From IMG/VR virus record IMGVR_UViG_2541047698_000015: a DNA stretch of 42,876 nucleotides; one strand, written 5' to 3'. How positions within the stretch are numbered: position 1 is the stretch's first letter; the number at the start of each line of letters is the position of its first letter. Below are positions 27,736 through 36,410 of this stretch, piece after piece. The position numbers were made by a program, and so were the translations under genes. The notes under the pieces are model-generated. The model was given only the letters and a program-made list of their open reading frames with translations, made no database searches and was not told the DNA's origin. This DNA is from a virus. Lineage: Duplodnaviria; Heunggongvirae; Uroviricota; Caudoviricetes.

Positions 27736-28782
27736 TTACCCAAGCACGCCAGTTGCAAAGGCGTGATCAAGAAAACGAAAAATTAAATCAACCTGAGAAC
27801 CATGCTTTTCTTCGAACGCCAGAGGATCCGCATGAAGCTCGTTGTGATGCTCCCGACACAGCGGTAGCGTGAAAATATCGTGAGATTTTGTCCCCATTCC
27901 GCCCTGACCATGACCAATCAGGTGATGGGGATCGTCGGCTGGCTTACCACAACACGCACACGGCTGTGTCTTCACCCAGCGTGTGTATTTCTCGTTAACC
28001 CAGCGGCGACGTTTAGGTCGTTTCATGAAAGATTCCGGAGACTCAGGATCAACGGCAATGCTGACCACCGTCTCTTCCTGTGGCGGGTTTTGCTGGTGGG
28101 CGTGAGGCAGCGGCGCAAGATTTTTTGTGCGCTGCTTCAGTATGCTGGTGGCGGTCTGCTCTCCCGGTACGATGTCGCTTTCACGGTACATTGAGCGGAT
28201 TTTTTCCGCACGCAACCCCAGCGAACGACGTAATACCGCTTCCGGTAGCGCGTCCGCCACCTGATTGCGGACCGCCCACCAGGATAATTCAGCCAGCGAT
28301 AATTCCCGCTCCTGCGAGCCATTCATTGCATGGCGTATGACGTCAATCATCCATGCAGACAGGTTTTGGTGAGCAAGTTGCCCGAGTGATTCGGAGGTCT
28401 GGTCGCGCAGCTGGTTGTCGCAGTGCCAGCACAACACCATTGCGCCGGTACCATAACGGTGAATGACGGTTTCACTGTGGTGATAATCGCCGTGTGGCCA
28501 CTGGCAGGATTTAACATGGCGCAGTAACCAGTCAGACAATGCGCCAGCGCCACCAGCAGCACGAATCACTCGTTCGTCGCTGAAAAATGGCAGTAATGAT
28601 TTATCCTCCGCCAGCGGCTGGCGAACGGCAGGAACGACCCCGGACGGCAGATTACGCATGCTTTTCGGTTCCGGCTCCACCAGTACCCGGGTATTGTGGA
28701 ATACCGGCATGGATTCACTGCCCGGCTTAACGATCACCAGCCCGAGTTCCGGTACCAGAACAGGTCGAAGTAATACCCGCAC
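27736..28782 (-). CDS. DUF968-family protein (YdfU-like) with C-terminal HNH-like Cys/His motif
   Basis: 348 aa; C-terminus CACCGKPADDPHHLIGHGQGG...LPLCREHHNELH; same position relative to hok as ydfU in Qin. Confidence 0.7.
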   Translation of the reverse strand: MRVLLRPVLVPELGLVIVKPGSESMPVFHNTRVLVEPEPKSMRNLPSGVVPAVRQPLAEDKSLLPFFSDERVIRAAGGAGALSDWLLRHVKSCQWPHGDYHHSETVIHRYGTGAMVLCWHCDNQLRDQTSESLGQLAHQNLSAWMIDVIRHAMNGSQERELSLAELSWWAVRNQVADALPEAVLRRSLGLRAEKIRSMYRESDIVPGEQTATSILKQRTKNLAPLPHAHQQNPPQEETVVSIAVDPESPESFMKRPKRRRWVNEKYTRWVKTQPCACCGKPADDPHHLIGHGQGGMGTKSHDIFTLPLCREHHNELHADPLAFEEKHGSQVDLIFRFLDHAFATGVLG

Positions 28783-28783
28783 G

Positions 28784-29062
28784 TTACCTCCAGATGCGTT
28801 GCTGGAATGTGCGGGACAGACGCGGTGGGCGTTCGGAGTAAGGAAGCCTGACGGAGATTATCCAGTGACGGTAGTCGAGGCTAAGGGCTTTTTTAACCTC
28901 GCATCCGCGCCTGCGGTAACACTGAATGAGCCATTCGGCCTGTTCTTCAGTGCATGGGGGATGCTGGTACCAGTCTGACTTAAATGCGTGAGAATACCGC
29001 TCGTGCGTGTGGGCAAGAACGGTCGAATTATCATGTTTGTAATATTTTGCGTTGCGTGCCAT
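28784..29062 (-). CDS. hypothetical protein (92 aa)
   Basis: ORF abutting the DUF968 gene; no family recognised. Confidence 0.45.
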   Translation of the reverse strand: MARNAKYYKHDNSTVLAHTHERYSHAFKSDWYQHPPCTEEQAEWLIQCYRRRGCEVKKALSLDYRHWIISVRLPYSERPPRLSRTFQQRIWR

Positions 29063-29128
29063 CGGTTTTCTCCGGTGGCACGGTGTTACTCAGCGGGAGT
29101 TCAGCCCCGCGCAAGATTGTAGATGAGT

Positions 29129-29380
29129 TTATTCTTCTGAAAAAGCAGAAAAGCCAGCTTTTATTCCGATCTCTTTCAATACCTGTAATGAAGTGACAAA
29201 CTCACCGTCGCGCAAGATAAATCCGTCCGTCACTCGGGCATCCACAAAATTAATTAACGCAGCCCCATTTTTTTGCAAACACACAATGCGGTAATGACTA
29301 ACAATATTTCCATTTTCAACGCACACAGCATAGAGGCCATCTTCACAAAAAATTTTACGCAGTTCTTCGATGTTCATCAT
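29129..29380 (-). CDS. hypothetical protein (83 aa; size and position as Rem in Qin)
   Basis: MMNIEELRKIFCEDGLYAVCVENGNIVSHYRIV...; name by position only. Confidence 0.4.
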   Translation of the reverse strand: MMNIEELRKIFCEDGLYAVCVENGNIVSHYRIVCLQKNGAALINFVDARVTDGFILRDGEFVTSLQVLKEIGIKAGFSAFSEE

Positions 29381-29496
29381 CAGAATCCTTCCGGATAATT
29401 AGCTCTCCCCTTTAAGGGACCATCCCTCTTATCCCTGCGCGCTACTTAAGTATTTTTGATTCTATTCCGGCACCGTCCAGAACTTCAAACGCGTTG

Positions 29497-29528
29497 AAAA
29501 TAAAAACAAAAACCCGCCGAAGCGGGTT
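29497..29528 (-). terminator. intrinsic terminator at the 3' end of hok mRNA
   Basis: Minus reads aacccgcttcggcgggtttttgttttt: GC stem, UUCG loop, U-run. Confidence 0.7.
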
Positions 29529-29596
29529 AAGTGCGGGTGCGTTGAGGATGCCTGCCACATCAGAGGTGGCGAGGGATTTCTCCCCCGCCGGGTCTC

Positions 29597-29752
29597 TTAC
29601 TCCTCAGGTTCGTAAGCTGTGAAGACAGCGACCTCCGTCTGGCCGGTTCGGATTCGTACCTCGCAGAGGTCTTTCCTCGTTACCAGTGCCGTCACTATGA
29701 CGGTTAAACAGATGACGATCAGGGCGATTAACATCGCCTTTTGCTGCTTCAT
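29597..29752 (-). CDS. hok: Hok-family type I toxin (51 aa)
   Basis: Hand translation of minus strand gives MKQQKAMLIALIVICLTVIVTALVTRKDLCEVRIRTGQTEVAVFTAYEPEE, a canonical Hok; not in the ORF track because it is under 60 aa. Confidence 0.9.
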   Translation of the reverse strand: MKQQKAMLIALIVICLTVIVTALVTRKDLCEVRIRTGQTEVAVFTAYEPEE

Positions 29753-29990
29753 AGCCTGCTTCTCCTTGACCTTTCGGTCCGTAAGAGGCTAATCTCTATG
29801 TGTCGCATAGATATGGCCTCAGATTAATGTTAAGCGTCTTGCAGGACGCGTAATGTTAACTGGGGCTTTTCTCTATCTGCCTTTTGGTGTTCATGCCTGA
29901 GACAGATAGCCTCAAGCACCCGCAGTTATTCTACTTAACTAAGATTTCCCCGCAAACCGTTTTTGTCCGGCACAGTAAATATCCAACTAA
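29753..29990 (-). promoter_or_regulatory. hok leader region with short upstream leader ORF whose TGA overlaps the hok ATG (mok-like coupling); an antisense Sok-like RNA is expected here but not delimited
   Basis: Leader ORF MRHIEISLLRTERSRRSRL ends in cTATGAag; inverted repeats in the leader. Confidence 0.45.
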
Positions 29991-30010
29991 ACCAATGGCG
30001 TTCGCTGTAT

Positions 30011-30190
30011 TTACCGCCAGTATTCAATGCACATGACCGCCATGAACACCCCTAAAAAAAGGGCATTTATATGTCCAAACATTAATATCAAAACATCAAT
30101 TTTTTCCATATACCTTGCTGTGAAGATGATGGGCATACATGATGCGAACAACCAGAACGCAACAAACAAAAACTGCAATGCGTTTTTCAT
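30011..30190 (-). CDS. small two-TM membrane protein (59 aa)
   Basis: MKNALQFLFVAFWLFASCMPIIFTARYMEKIDVLILMFGHINALFLGVFMAVMCIEYWR; G-rich SD (AGGGGGAA); in the AT-rich segment upstream of hok. Confidence 0.4.
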   Translation of the reverse strand: MKNALQFLFVAFWLFASCMPIIFTARYMEKIDVLILMFGHINALFLGVFMAVMCIEYWR

Positions 30191-30310
30191 TATTCCCCCT
30201 ACAATCAATGTGCAATAACATTTAAACACACCTCAATTTGGCCGGACATATAAATATCTAAACCAGAAAAAATCACTTACATAGCGTTACAAACTCTTTA
30301 GTCTAAATAT

Positions 30311-30826
30311 TCATCGTAAAACATCCTCCACGCTTATCAGTCCATTTCGTTTCAGGTAATCCATCGCCTTCTCCGGTAATTTGCAGTCCGGCTGAGCTTT
30401 TTTCAGTTGACTGACCAGTCGTTTAACCCACATTGTTAATTCGCTAACCTGATTGCCGGATGCTGGTGGATTGTCGGCTTTACCCAGAATGGCAGCGCAG
30501 CAGGCCTCTCTGAGCACCCAGTCAACAGCATCCTTCCATGCTCCTGTTTCGACTGGCGGATTCTCACGCTTTACCTGTTCATAAAAGCGCACGGCTTTAA
30601 CCAGTCCTTCTGATGTCACCGGGACTGGCGGGCCGATGAATAAGGCCTGAATTTCATAGTTCGGCCTGTCGTTACAATCCTCTTTTGTCGGTACATATTT
30701 CCAGTCACCAGCCCACGGCTTCCCCTGAAAGTCTGTAACGTCTTTTTTCACGTAGCGATATCGCCATGCAACTGGTTTTGCCTGCCCTGCCGTTTCATGC
30801 CCTTCCTGATAATTAATCTCGCTCAT
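30311..30826 (-). CDS. hypothetical protein (171 aa)
   Basis: Clean ORF, start overlaps the stop of an upstream 37-codon ORF (ATGA); no family recognised. Confidence 0.55.
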   Translation of the reverse strand: MSEINYQEGHETAGQAKPVAWRYRYVKKDVTDFQGKPWAGDWKYVPTKEDCNDRPNYEIQALFIGPPVPVTSEGLVKAVRFYEQVKRENPPVETGAWKDAVDWVLREACCAAILGKADNPPASGNQVSELTMWVKRLVSQLKKAQPDCKLPEKAMDYLKRNGLISVEDVLR

Positions 30827-30936
30827 TCATCGCCCCACTCATCACAATATGCTTCGACCGGAGTTTTTCCTGCTTCATAATCATCACGCCATGCTTCAAA
30901 ACTGACGTTGTATTTAGTTGAACCAAAATAAGCCAT
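30823..30936 (-). CDS. small ORF (37 aa, MAYFGSTKYNVSFEAWRDDYEAGKTPVEAYCDEWGDE)
   Basis: Translationally coupled (ATGA) to the 171-aa gene; under the track size cutoff. Confidence 0.3.
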   Translation of the reverse strand: MAYFGSTKYNVSFEAWRDDYEAGKTPVEAYCDEWGDE

Positions 30937-31111
30937 TTTGCTCTTCCTCTTCGTCTTTTATTTCGTGATATGAGTAATTGCAGTAGTTAAAGAAAATATC
31001 TTTTGCTTCGTCATGTATTTCATCAGGCGTCGCATCATCATCCACTTCGAATTCATCCTCGAAATCTCCACCGGCTATTCCCGTTTCAATAATTATTTTA
31101 AACTTTCGCAT
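30914..31111 (-). CDS. small acidic hypothetical protein (65 aa)
   Basis: Track ORF; highly acidic (DFEDEFEVDDD...EEEEQ); weak RBS, hairpin just upstream. Confidence 0.3.
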   Translation of the reverse strand: MRKFKIIIETGIAGGDFEDEFEVDDDATPDEIHDEAKDIFFNYCNYSYHEIKDEEEEQNGLFWFN

Positions 31112-31263
31112 TTAACTACCGCCCTTTCGGGCGGCCTCCTGATGTTCTGAGGGTGCAGAAATCCCTCCGGTTAAGGATTTGATTTTATTTACAGTGCTAA
31201 ATTTAATTATTCAGTTCTGGATTTTGTCGCCCTGCATATCCGCGCTTTCGCGTTACGCTCAAT

Positions 31264-31563
31264 CTAAATTAACTTTTCTATATTTTTCCGCCTTTCCTGT
31301 TCCTCCTGGCGCAATAGCCTTACATCATCTGCCAGTCTGGTTTCTCTTTTCGCCACAGAGAGCATCCAGTCAAACGGCTCCACAACTGCACCGCAGATTT
31401 TACAGCGGACCTGACGCTCTTTTTCGTCAACCCGAACAGAGGCGTGATGACAATATGGTCTTTCCGATGGCTCATAAAGAAAATTAACCTGATTACGAGG
31501 GTCATCCTCTTTTACCGGAAATAAAACGATATTGCTTAACTCATCCTCTGGTTTTATTTCCAT
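31264..31563 (-). CDS. small zinc-finger-like protein (99 aa, CHH...CKIC)
   Basis: Track ORF with Cys/His cluster; nin-like region. Confidence 0.5.
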   Translation of the reverse strand: MEIKPEDELSNIVLFPVKEDDPRNQVNFLYEPSERPYCHHASVRVDEKERQVRCKICGAVVEPFDWMLSVAKRETRLADDVRLLRQEEQERRKNIEKLI

Positions 31564-32002
31564 GCTCCTCTCCTTTGATGCGAATGCCAGCGACGCGTAA
31601 TGCGTGTTCTAAGTCAATCAGGTAAAGCCAACTGCCATTTTCTTTAGGTATCATGACATGTCGCTCATCTGCATTTATCGGGTGTCCATATCGAAGGTCG
31701 TAGCGAGTCGGTAATTGAACTTCCCGCGCTTCCAGTTCAGCAATACGCTTGCTCCCATCAGAGATAACGCCTTCGTAATACTCACGCTGCTCGTTGAGTT
31801 GTGATTTTGCTTCTTCCAGTCCATCCAGCAAATCAGCGATAATATCCGCTTCCCGATGACGGATGTGACGCTTAAACGCAGCAAGAGCCGCATCACAATC
31901 CCGTTCAGCATTTGGGCTGTCCGGGATAGCCTGATACCACGCCAGCGTCGACTGATAGTTTTGTGCTGCCTCACGAAGCGCCTCATAGTTAACCTCTCTC
32001 AT
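31541..32002 (-). CDS. Ead/Ea22-like protein
   Basis: 153 aa, MREVNYEALREAAQNYQSTLAWYQAIPDSP... resembles Ea22-like prophage proteins (from memory). Confidence 0.5.
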   Translation of the reverse strand: MREVNYEALREAAQNYQSTLAWYQAIPDSPNAERDCDAALAAFKRHIRHREADIIADLLDGLEEAKSQLNEQREYYEGVISDGSKRIAELEAREVQLPTRYDLRYGHPINADERHVMIPKENGSWLYLIDLEHALRVAGIRIKGEEHGNKTRG

Positions 32003-32290
32003 TGAGCCACCTCCTGATAAATCACTGCATGCCCCAGTTTCTCCGCCAGTGCCAGCTCTGCCTTAGCGCCCGCTGACCGCTGCCAGCCATTCAGCATGTA
32101 AATCGCATCCACACAACGAATCATTGCCATGCAAATATCCATGTAGTGCGGCTGTGTCAGCCCGTCCGGAAGTACTGCCGGGTTTAAGACGGTATGCCCT
32201 TCCCGTTTCAGTTCCTCTTCCGCCTTGTGAAACGCCTCACGGTTGAAATTTTCATATCCCGTCATTGGACCGGCAATATAAACTCTGACC
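31999..32290 (-). CDS. DUF4406-like protein (nucleoside 2-deoxyribosyltransferase-like fold), probable GTG start overlapping upstream stop
   Basis: YIAGPMTGYENFNREAFHKAEEELKREGHTVLNPA motif; the track's longer ATG start (32364) would overlap the upstream gene by 72 nt. Confidence 0.55.
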
Positions 32291-32291
32291 C

Positions 32292-32684
32292 TCACTCCAT
32301 CACCTCCTGAAAGTTTCCCCGATAGAACGCCAGCACACGCTGCATAACTTCGCTCTGGCGGCACTCACGACAAATTATGTTCTGCCGTCTGTTGTAACGA
32401 CGTATTTCTCCGTCAGGTAACTTTCGAATCAGTGTCGGGTCAGCAGCCTTCTCCGGTGTCTTACGCCATACGCGATACGCCTGCTCTGATGGAAATACCC
32501 CGCAACCAGAGAGCCAGACATCACCACTGGCCGCAAGCGCACCAGATAAACGACGAATAGCGGTCTTACTGACACCCGTTTTATCTGCCAGTTGTCGAAA
32601 AGTTTCTCGTCCGCTCAGGCGCACGAATTCCACAATGCGCGCCTTCACTTCTTCCCGCTCTTCTGGTGTAAATACTTTTGCCAT
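32292..32684 (-). CDS. putative HTH DNA-binding protein (130 aa)
   Basis: FRQLADKTGVSKTAIRRLSGALAASG resembles a helix-turn-helix; start at MAKVFTPEE assumed. Confidence 0.5.
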   Translation of the reverse strand: MAKVFTPEEREEVKARIVEFVRLSGRETFRQLADKTGVSKTAIRRLSGALAASGDVWLSGCGVFPSEQAYRVWRKTPEKAADPTLIRKLPDGEIRRYNRRQNIICRECRQSEVMQRVLAFYRGNFQEVME

Positions 32685-32699
32685 AAGCGCCTCCGGCAA

Positions 32700-33488
32700 T
32701 CACTTTTCCGATACAACACGGCGGGAAGAATCAGTAATCTGTCGAACAATATCCCGGTGCTTGTTCAGCTCCCGCAGCGCGGCGCAGACTCGCTCCCACT
32801 TCTGAACATCACTTTTCGCCCTGCGCAGCGCCAGGTTTGCCCTGCGAAGGGACGGAAAAATCAGCTCATCTGCTTGCGTTTCGGTAAACGATGGCAACGG
32901 CTGCACAATGTCCGCCACAGTTTCTGTTTTAATTTCTTCCTGTGTTGCGGCTTCCCGGACTGGTAACGCAGCACCTGCTGGCTGAGGAAAGGCCTTACCA
33001 TCACTTTCCGTTACCAGCGCGGCTTTCGGCTCTGCTGGTAAATTATCGCCCGGCATGCAGTAACGAAATTTACCGTTCTGATTAACGCGTGCCAGCCGCC
33101 CCGTTGCGGTTACCACCGCCAGCGTGGAAGCAACCTTGCGAGTACTGACACCGAACTTACCCGCCAGTTCCTCACACGTTTTAGCCCCATCCTGACCGAT
33201 AAACTCAATCATCATGTCTGCGGTAACTTTTTGTTCGACCTCCCCGGTCAGCATATCCTGTGCTTCAGATTTTACTGGCCGCTCTTCGGTTACCCGGGAT
33301 TCACCTTCGCCAGCCAGAAACCAGGTGTGACCAGTTTTATCAACGACGCCATTTCTTTTGAGTTCCCACAGCTCGTTGAGAACCTCTTCACGACTGATAT
33401 CAAGTCGCGCGGCCAGTTCTACCGATGTGGCTTTTCCCATTGCTTTCAGTGCGTCAAATACGGTTTCCATTAAAATTTCCTCCGACAA
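32700..33488 (-). CDS. hypothetical protein with winged-helix-like N-terminus (262 aa)
   Basis: Track ORF between P-like gene and nin region; N-terminal ...[26 protein letters not shown]... Confidence 0.55.
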   Translation of the reverse strand: MSEEILMETVFDALKAMGKATSVELAARLDISREEVLNELWELKRNGVVDKTGHTWFLAGEGESRVTEERPVKSEAQDMLTGEVEQKVTADMMIEFIGQDGAKTCEELAGKFGVSTRKVASTLAVVTATGRLARVNQNGKFRYCMPGDNLPAEPKAALVTESDGKAFPQPAGAALPVREAATQEEIKTETVADIVQPLPSFTETQADELIFPSLRRANLALRRAKSDVQKWERVCAALRELNKHRDIVRQITDSSRRVVSEK

Positions 33489-33503
33489 AATCGTTTCTCA
33501 GAT

Positions 33504-34169
33504 TCAAATAAAACCAGCTGCCTTCCGGCGTTCGTATTCCTGTTTCAGCCGTTCAATTGGCGTTGGCCCTTGCGGGTGTTTCGCCCCTTCCAGTTGTCGT
33601 CGCACTGGCGGAACACTCATCCCGTTACCAACATGCTTTGCCCATTTCGTCAGTTGCCGTTCCGCAAGTCGTTTTAACTCACCCTGCGTCATCTGGCGCT
33701 CAATCCCTCTGGTGCGCATTTCGAGGCAGATGTGGTACAGCACAGGCTGAGGCCACGGATATTTGTCGCTTCCGTCATATCGCCAGGACTCATCACGCCA
33801 GCGGCGGTACTCCTCCATCACAGCATCCACCGTCAGGCCAAATGGATTGGCCCCGCTTTCTGAAATCAGCGCCACAAACTCAGCCAGGTCCGGAGGCCAT
33901 GTTTCACCCGCCCGGCAGCGGTCCATGCACTGGCGGCAGACCTGTCGGATTTGCTGCTCAGTCATCGCGCCAATCTGTGCAATCCAGAGCTTCGAAGGTG
34001 CGGCCCCGTTCTTCTGGGTCCAGCGGTTCGAATAAACCTCCCCCATGAGTTCCCACAGCTTCCAGACCGTTTCCGTCGCTGATAAATCCGTTTTCACGTT
34101 CCCACTGCTCACGTGCTGCCCGAATTTCCTGAACTGCCCGTGATGCGGTGCCACCTGGTGCTGCTGCAT
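33504..34169 (-). CDS. replication protein P-like (helicase-loader family); start uncertain
   Basis: C-terminal part (YPWPQPVLYHICLEMRTRG...LKRLAERQLTKWAKHV) resembles lambda P; alternative starts at ~34046 or ~33965 (ATGA-coupled to O-like stop). Confidence 0.65.
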   Translation of the reverse strand: MQQHQVAPHHGQFRKFGQHVSSGNVKTDLSATETVWKLWELMGEVYSNRWTQKNGAAPSKLWIAQIGAMTEQQIRQVCRQCMDRCRAGETWPPDLAEFVALISESGANPFGLTVDAVMEEYRRWRDESWRYDGSDKYPWPQPVLYHICLEMRTRGIERQMTQGELKRLAERQLTKWAKHVGNGMSVPPVRRQLEGAKHPQGPTPIERLKQEYERRKAAGFI

Positions 34170-34998
34170 GGTTTACCCCCTTGCTGACTGGTTTAACCTG
34201 CGCCCTGACGTGATTTACGTGACGGGCGAATTTCTGCTCCCACTGAATCTGCGTAAACACTTTCCCCTCCGCTGCCCAGTAGTCCCGGAAGGCGGCAAGT
34301 TCAGCAGGTGTAAATTCTGTCTCCGGCAAAGCCATCCCCCACAACGCAGCCCGTCGTCGAAAATCCCGTGACGGATACCAGCTATCGGTCATCGGAAATT
34401 TTCCGATGGGTTCGCTCAGGCCATCCAGGAATACAAGGGGTGCTGCCTGTAACGACAAAACTTCCTGCTCACTGGTCGGAGCACTCTCGCGTGCGTTATG
34501 TGTGGGGTTTAGATCTTTGGGTTCCTTTGGGTTCCGTGATCCGTTTTTGGGTGTCTTTGATGGAAAATTTGGGTGTCTTTGGTTATTTTCCATGCAGCTA
34601 AGAGTTCCGTTTTTGGGTCTGTTTTGTGCTGAAACATAACCATTTTCGGTACTGTTTTTATTAACAGCACCAATTTTACCCACCTTTAAAGACTCCCGTT
34701 TTTGGGTGTATTCAGGCTCGGCAACACTTTCTTCTACACCGATAAGTCGGTACACCACAATTTGCTTTGTTCTGCCTTTTCTCTCACCGGTATCAACAAT
34801 TAACCCAATCTCCATCAGGTGTCGTAAGCTGTCCTGCACAGTCTTTTTGTTTAGTTCCGTTACTTCTGCCAGTGCAGATACAGACGGGTATGCACACAAA
34901 TCGGCACCGCACATATCAGCAAGCCAGGTCAATACAGACTTACTGGATGAACTGCCGGTTTTCACCTTTTTAGCCCATCGTAGTGCATCGATACTCAT
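33958..34998 (-). CDS. replication initiation protein (O-like position; N-terminal HTH)
   Basis: Start moved to MSIDALRWAKKVKTGSS...; directly upstream of the P-like gene in the cro-side operon. Confidence 0.6.
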   Translation of the reverse strand: MSIDALRWAKKVKTGSSSSKSVLTWLADMCGADLCAYPSVSALAEVTELNKKTVQDSLRHLMEIGLIVDTGERKGRTKQIVVYRLIGVEESVAEPEYTQKRESLKVGKIGAVNKNSTENGYVSAQNRPKNGTLSCMENNQRHPNFPSKTPKNGSRNPKEPKDLNPTHNARESAPTSEQEVLSLQAAPLVFLDGLSEPIGKFPMTDSWYPSRDFRRRAALWGMALPETEFTPAELAAFRDYWAAEGKVFTQIQWEQKFARHVNHVRAQVKPVSKGVNHAAAPGGTASRAVQEIRAAREQWERENGFISDGNGLEAVGTHGGGLFEPLDPEERGRTFEALDCTDWRDD

Positions 34999-35521
34999 AC
35001 AAACCCCTGGCAGACATTTGTTTATCTGCAAAGTAATATTGATATTGCTGACGATACGCATGCTTGAAAGCAATAGCTTTTTCTATAAGCTCGTCAGTCT
35101 CACGTTCCACAACAGCTGGATCCGCAAAAAGCAGCCCGGACTCCACCACATCGCCATATTCTTTGTTTAATCCGGCGATCATGTACGTAATGCTTTTTCC
35201 ATCACTGATCTCACGATACAACCTGAAATCACTAATTCGGATAGCCTCCATAATTGCCGGAATCAGCGCCGTGAATTTTTTCCGCTTATCCCTGGTGTCG
35301 ATAGCTTTCCAGCGTTCGAATATCTTCACCCGGTTAACGCCCAGCGCCCGTTGATCAACCTCGCCATCATTAAACGTGACGCGTTGAACATCGATGTTCG
35401 GGCGTTCTTTCAGAGCCCAGAATGCTTCCGTGATTAATATCGTCGCTTGCTCCTGTGTCATTCCTGGTCGACATACCCAGGCATCCAGAGCCTCACAAAC
35501 CTGTTCAGGGGTGATTTTCAT
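34970..35521 (-). CDS. hypothetical regulatory protein in the cII position (183 aa)
   Basis: Track ORF immediately downstream of the cro-like gene; no family recognised. Confidence 0.5.
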   Translation of the reverse strand: MKITPEQVCEALDAWVCRPGMTQEQATILITEAFWALKERPNIDVQRVTFNDGEVDQRALGVNRVKIFERWKAIDTRDKRKKFTALIPAIMEAIRISDFRLYREISDGKSITYMIAGLNKEYGDVVESGLLFADPAVVERETDELIEKAIAFKHAYRQQYQYYFADKQMSARGLYEYRCTTMG

Positions 35522-35732
35522 TGTTCAACCGCCCCGCCCGCTTTGCCTTACGATATTCGTCATAAACTTTGGGGTCGTACTGAAGTTCCCCGCCGGATGC
35601 CTCTTGCAGGCGCATCGCGCGACCTTCAGGAACCAGTTCCCCCCATTGAGAAACAGCAGATGGATCAACACCAGCAGCTTTCGCTACTTTGGCTTTCGTC
35701 CCATAAAAATTAATTACGTCTGATTTAAACAT
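35505..35732 (-). CDS. dicC: Cro-like small regulator (DicC-like)
   Basis: Start moved to MFKSDVINFYGTKAKVAKAAGV... (HTH); divergent from the DicA-like repressor; resembles Qin DicC from memory. Confidence 0.6.
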   Translation of the reverse strand: MFKSDVINFYGTKAKVAKAAGVDPSAVSQWGELVPEGRAMRLQEASGGELQYDPKVYDEYRKAKRAGRLNNENHP

Positions 35733-35809
35733 CACCCCTCCAAAGTTGAGTTTTCTCAATAGTAATCATTCAAGGAATCTCAAGTCAAGGGTTATTAAGA
35801 TATCTAAAT
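35733..35809. promoter_or_regulatory. divergent promoter/operator region between the Cro-like and DicA-like genes; contains palindrome TTGAGTTTTCTCAA
   Basis: 14-bp palindrome in the 77-bp spacer; related copies near 36277 and (inverted) 36313. Confidence 0.5.
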
Positions 35810-36217
35810 ATGAACGAGAAAACTTTAGGTCAACGAATTAGAGAAAGACGCAAACAGGTTGGTTTAAGTCAAAACGATTTAAGCAAAGCCGCTGGCGTAT
35901 CTGGCTCATCAATTTCACTATGGGAAAGCGACCATACAGCCCCGCGCGGGCAAAATTTGCATCGCCTGGCTGAGGTATTGCAATGTTCACCAACTTGGAT
36001 ACTGTTTGGTGACGAGGATAAAACACCAGATCCACCAGTAGCACTCAACAGCGCCTTAGACTTATCGGAAGATGAGTTGGAGATGTTGCGATTGTATCGC
36101 GCACTTCCAAAATCAGAGCAGCAAGCACAAATCAGCGAACTCCGTGCCCGCGTTGAGAATTTTAATCGCCTATTCACCGAGCTACTAGAAGCTCGCAAAC
36201 GTAACAAACATCAGTAA
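35810..36217 (+). CDS. dicA: DicA-like HTH (XRE) repressor, 135 aa, no S24 peptidase domain
   Basis: MNEKTLGQRIRERRKQVGLSQNDLSKAAGVSGSSISLWE...LQCSPTWILFGDEDK; same length and conserved C-terminal motif as DicA of Qin. Confidence 0.85.
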   Translation: MNEKTLGQRIRERRKQVGLSQNDLSKAAGVSGSSISLWESDHTAPRGQNLHRLAEVLQCSPTWILFGDEDKTPDPPVALNSALDLSEDELEMLRLYRALPKSEQQAQISELRARVENFNRLFTELLEARKRNKHQ

Positions 36218-36410
36218 CCCCCTTCACAAATTTTAAAGCCTTACATTTCAATGTATTGGCTTTATTTTGCATTAAATATTGAGTTTTCTCATTAAAAATG
36301 CTTGACCAACATTCATGAGAAAACTAAATTACCACCCATCAAGACACCGCACGGTGTTCTCAGCAAACAGTTCCGCTACCCGGCGTTAAGGGGAAACAGA
36401 GGATTTCTCA

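Noticed and set aside
33231-35354. Plus-strand ORFs across the replication region (33358..33750, 33557..34048, 34706..35170 and others)
   Set aside because: Antisense to the O-like, P-like and 183-aa genes, which form a coherent operon; translations are low-complexity.
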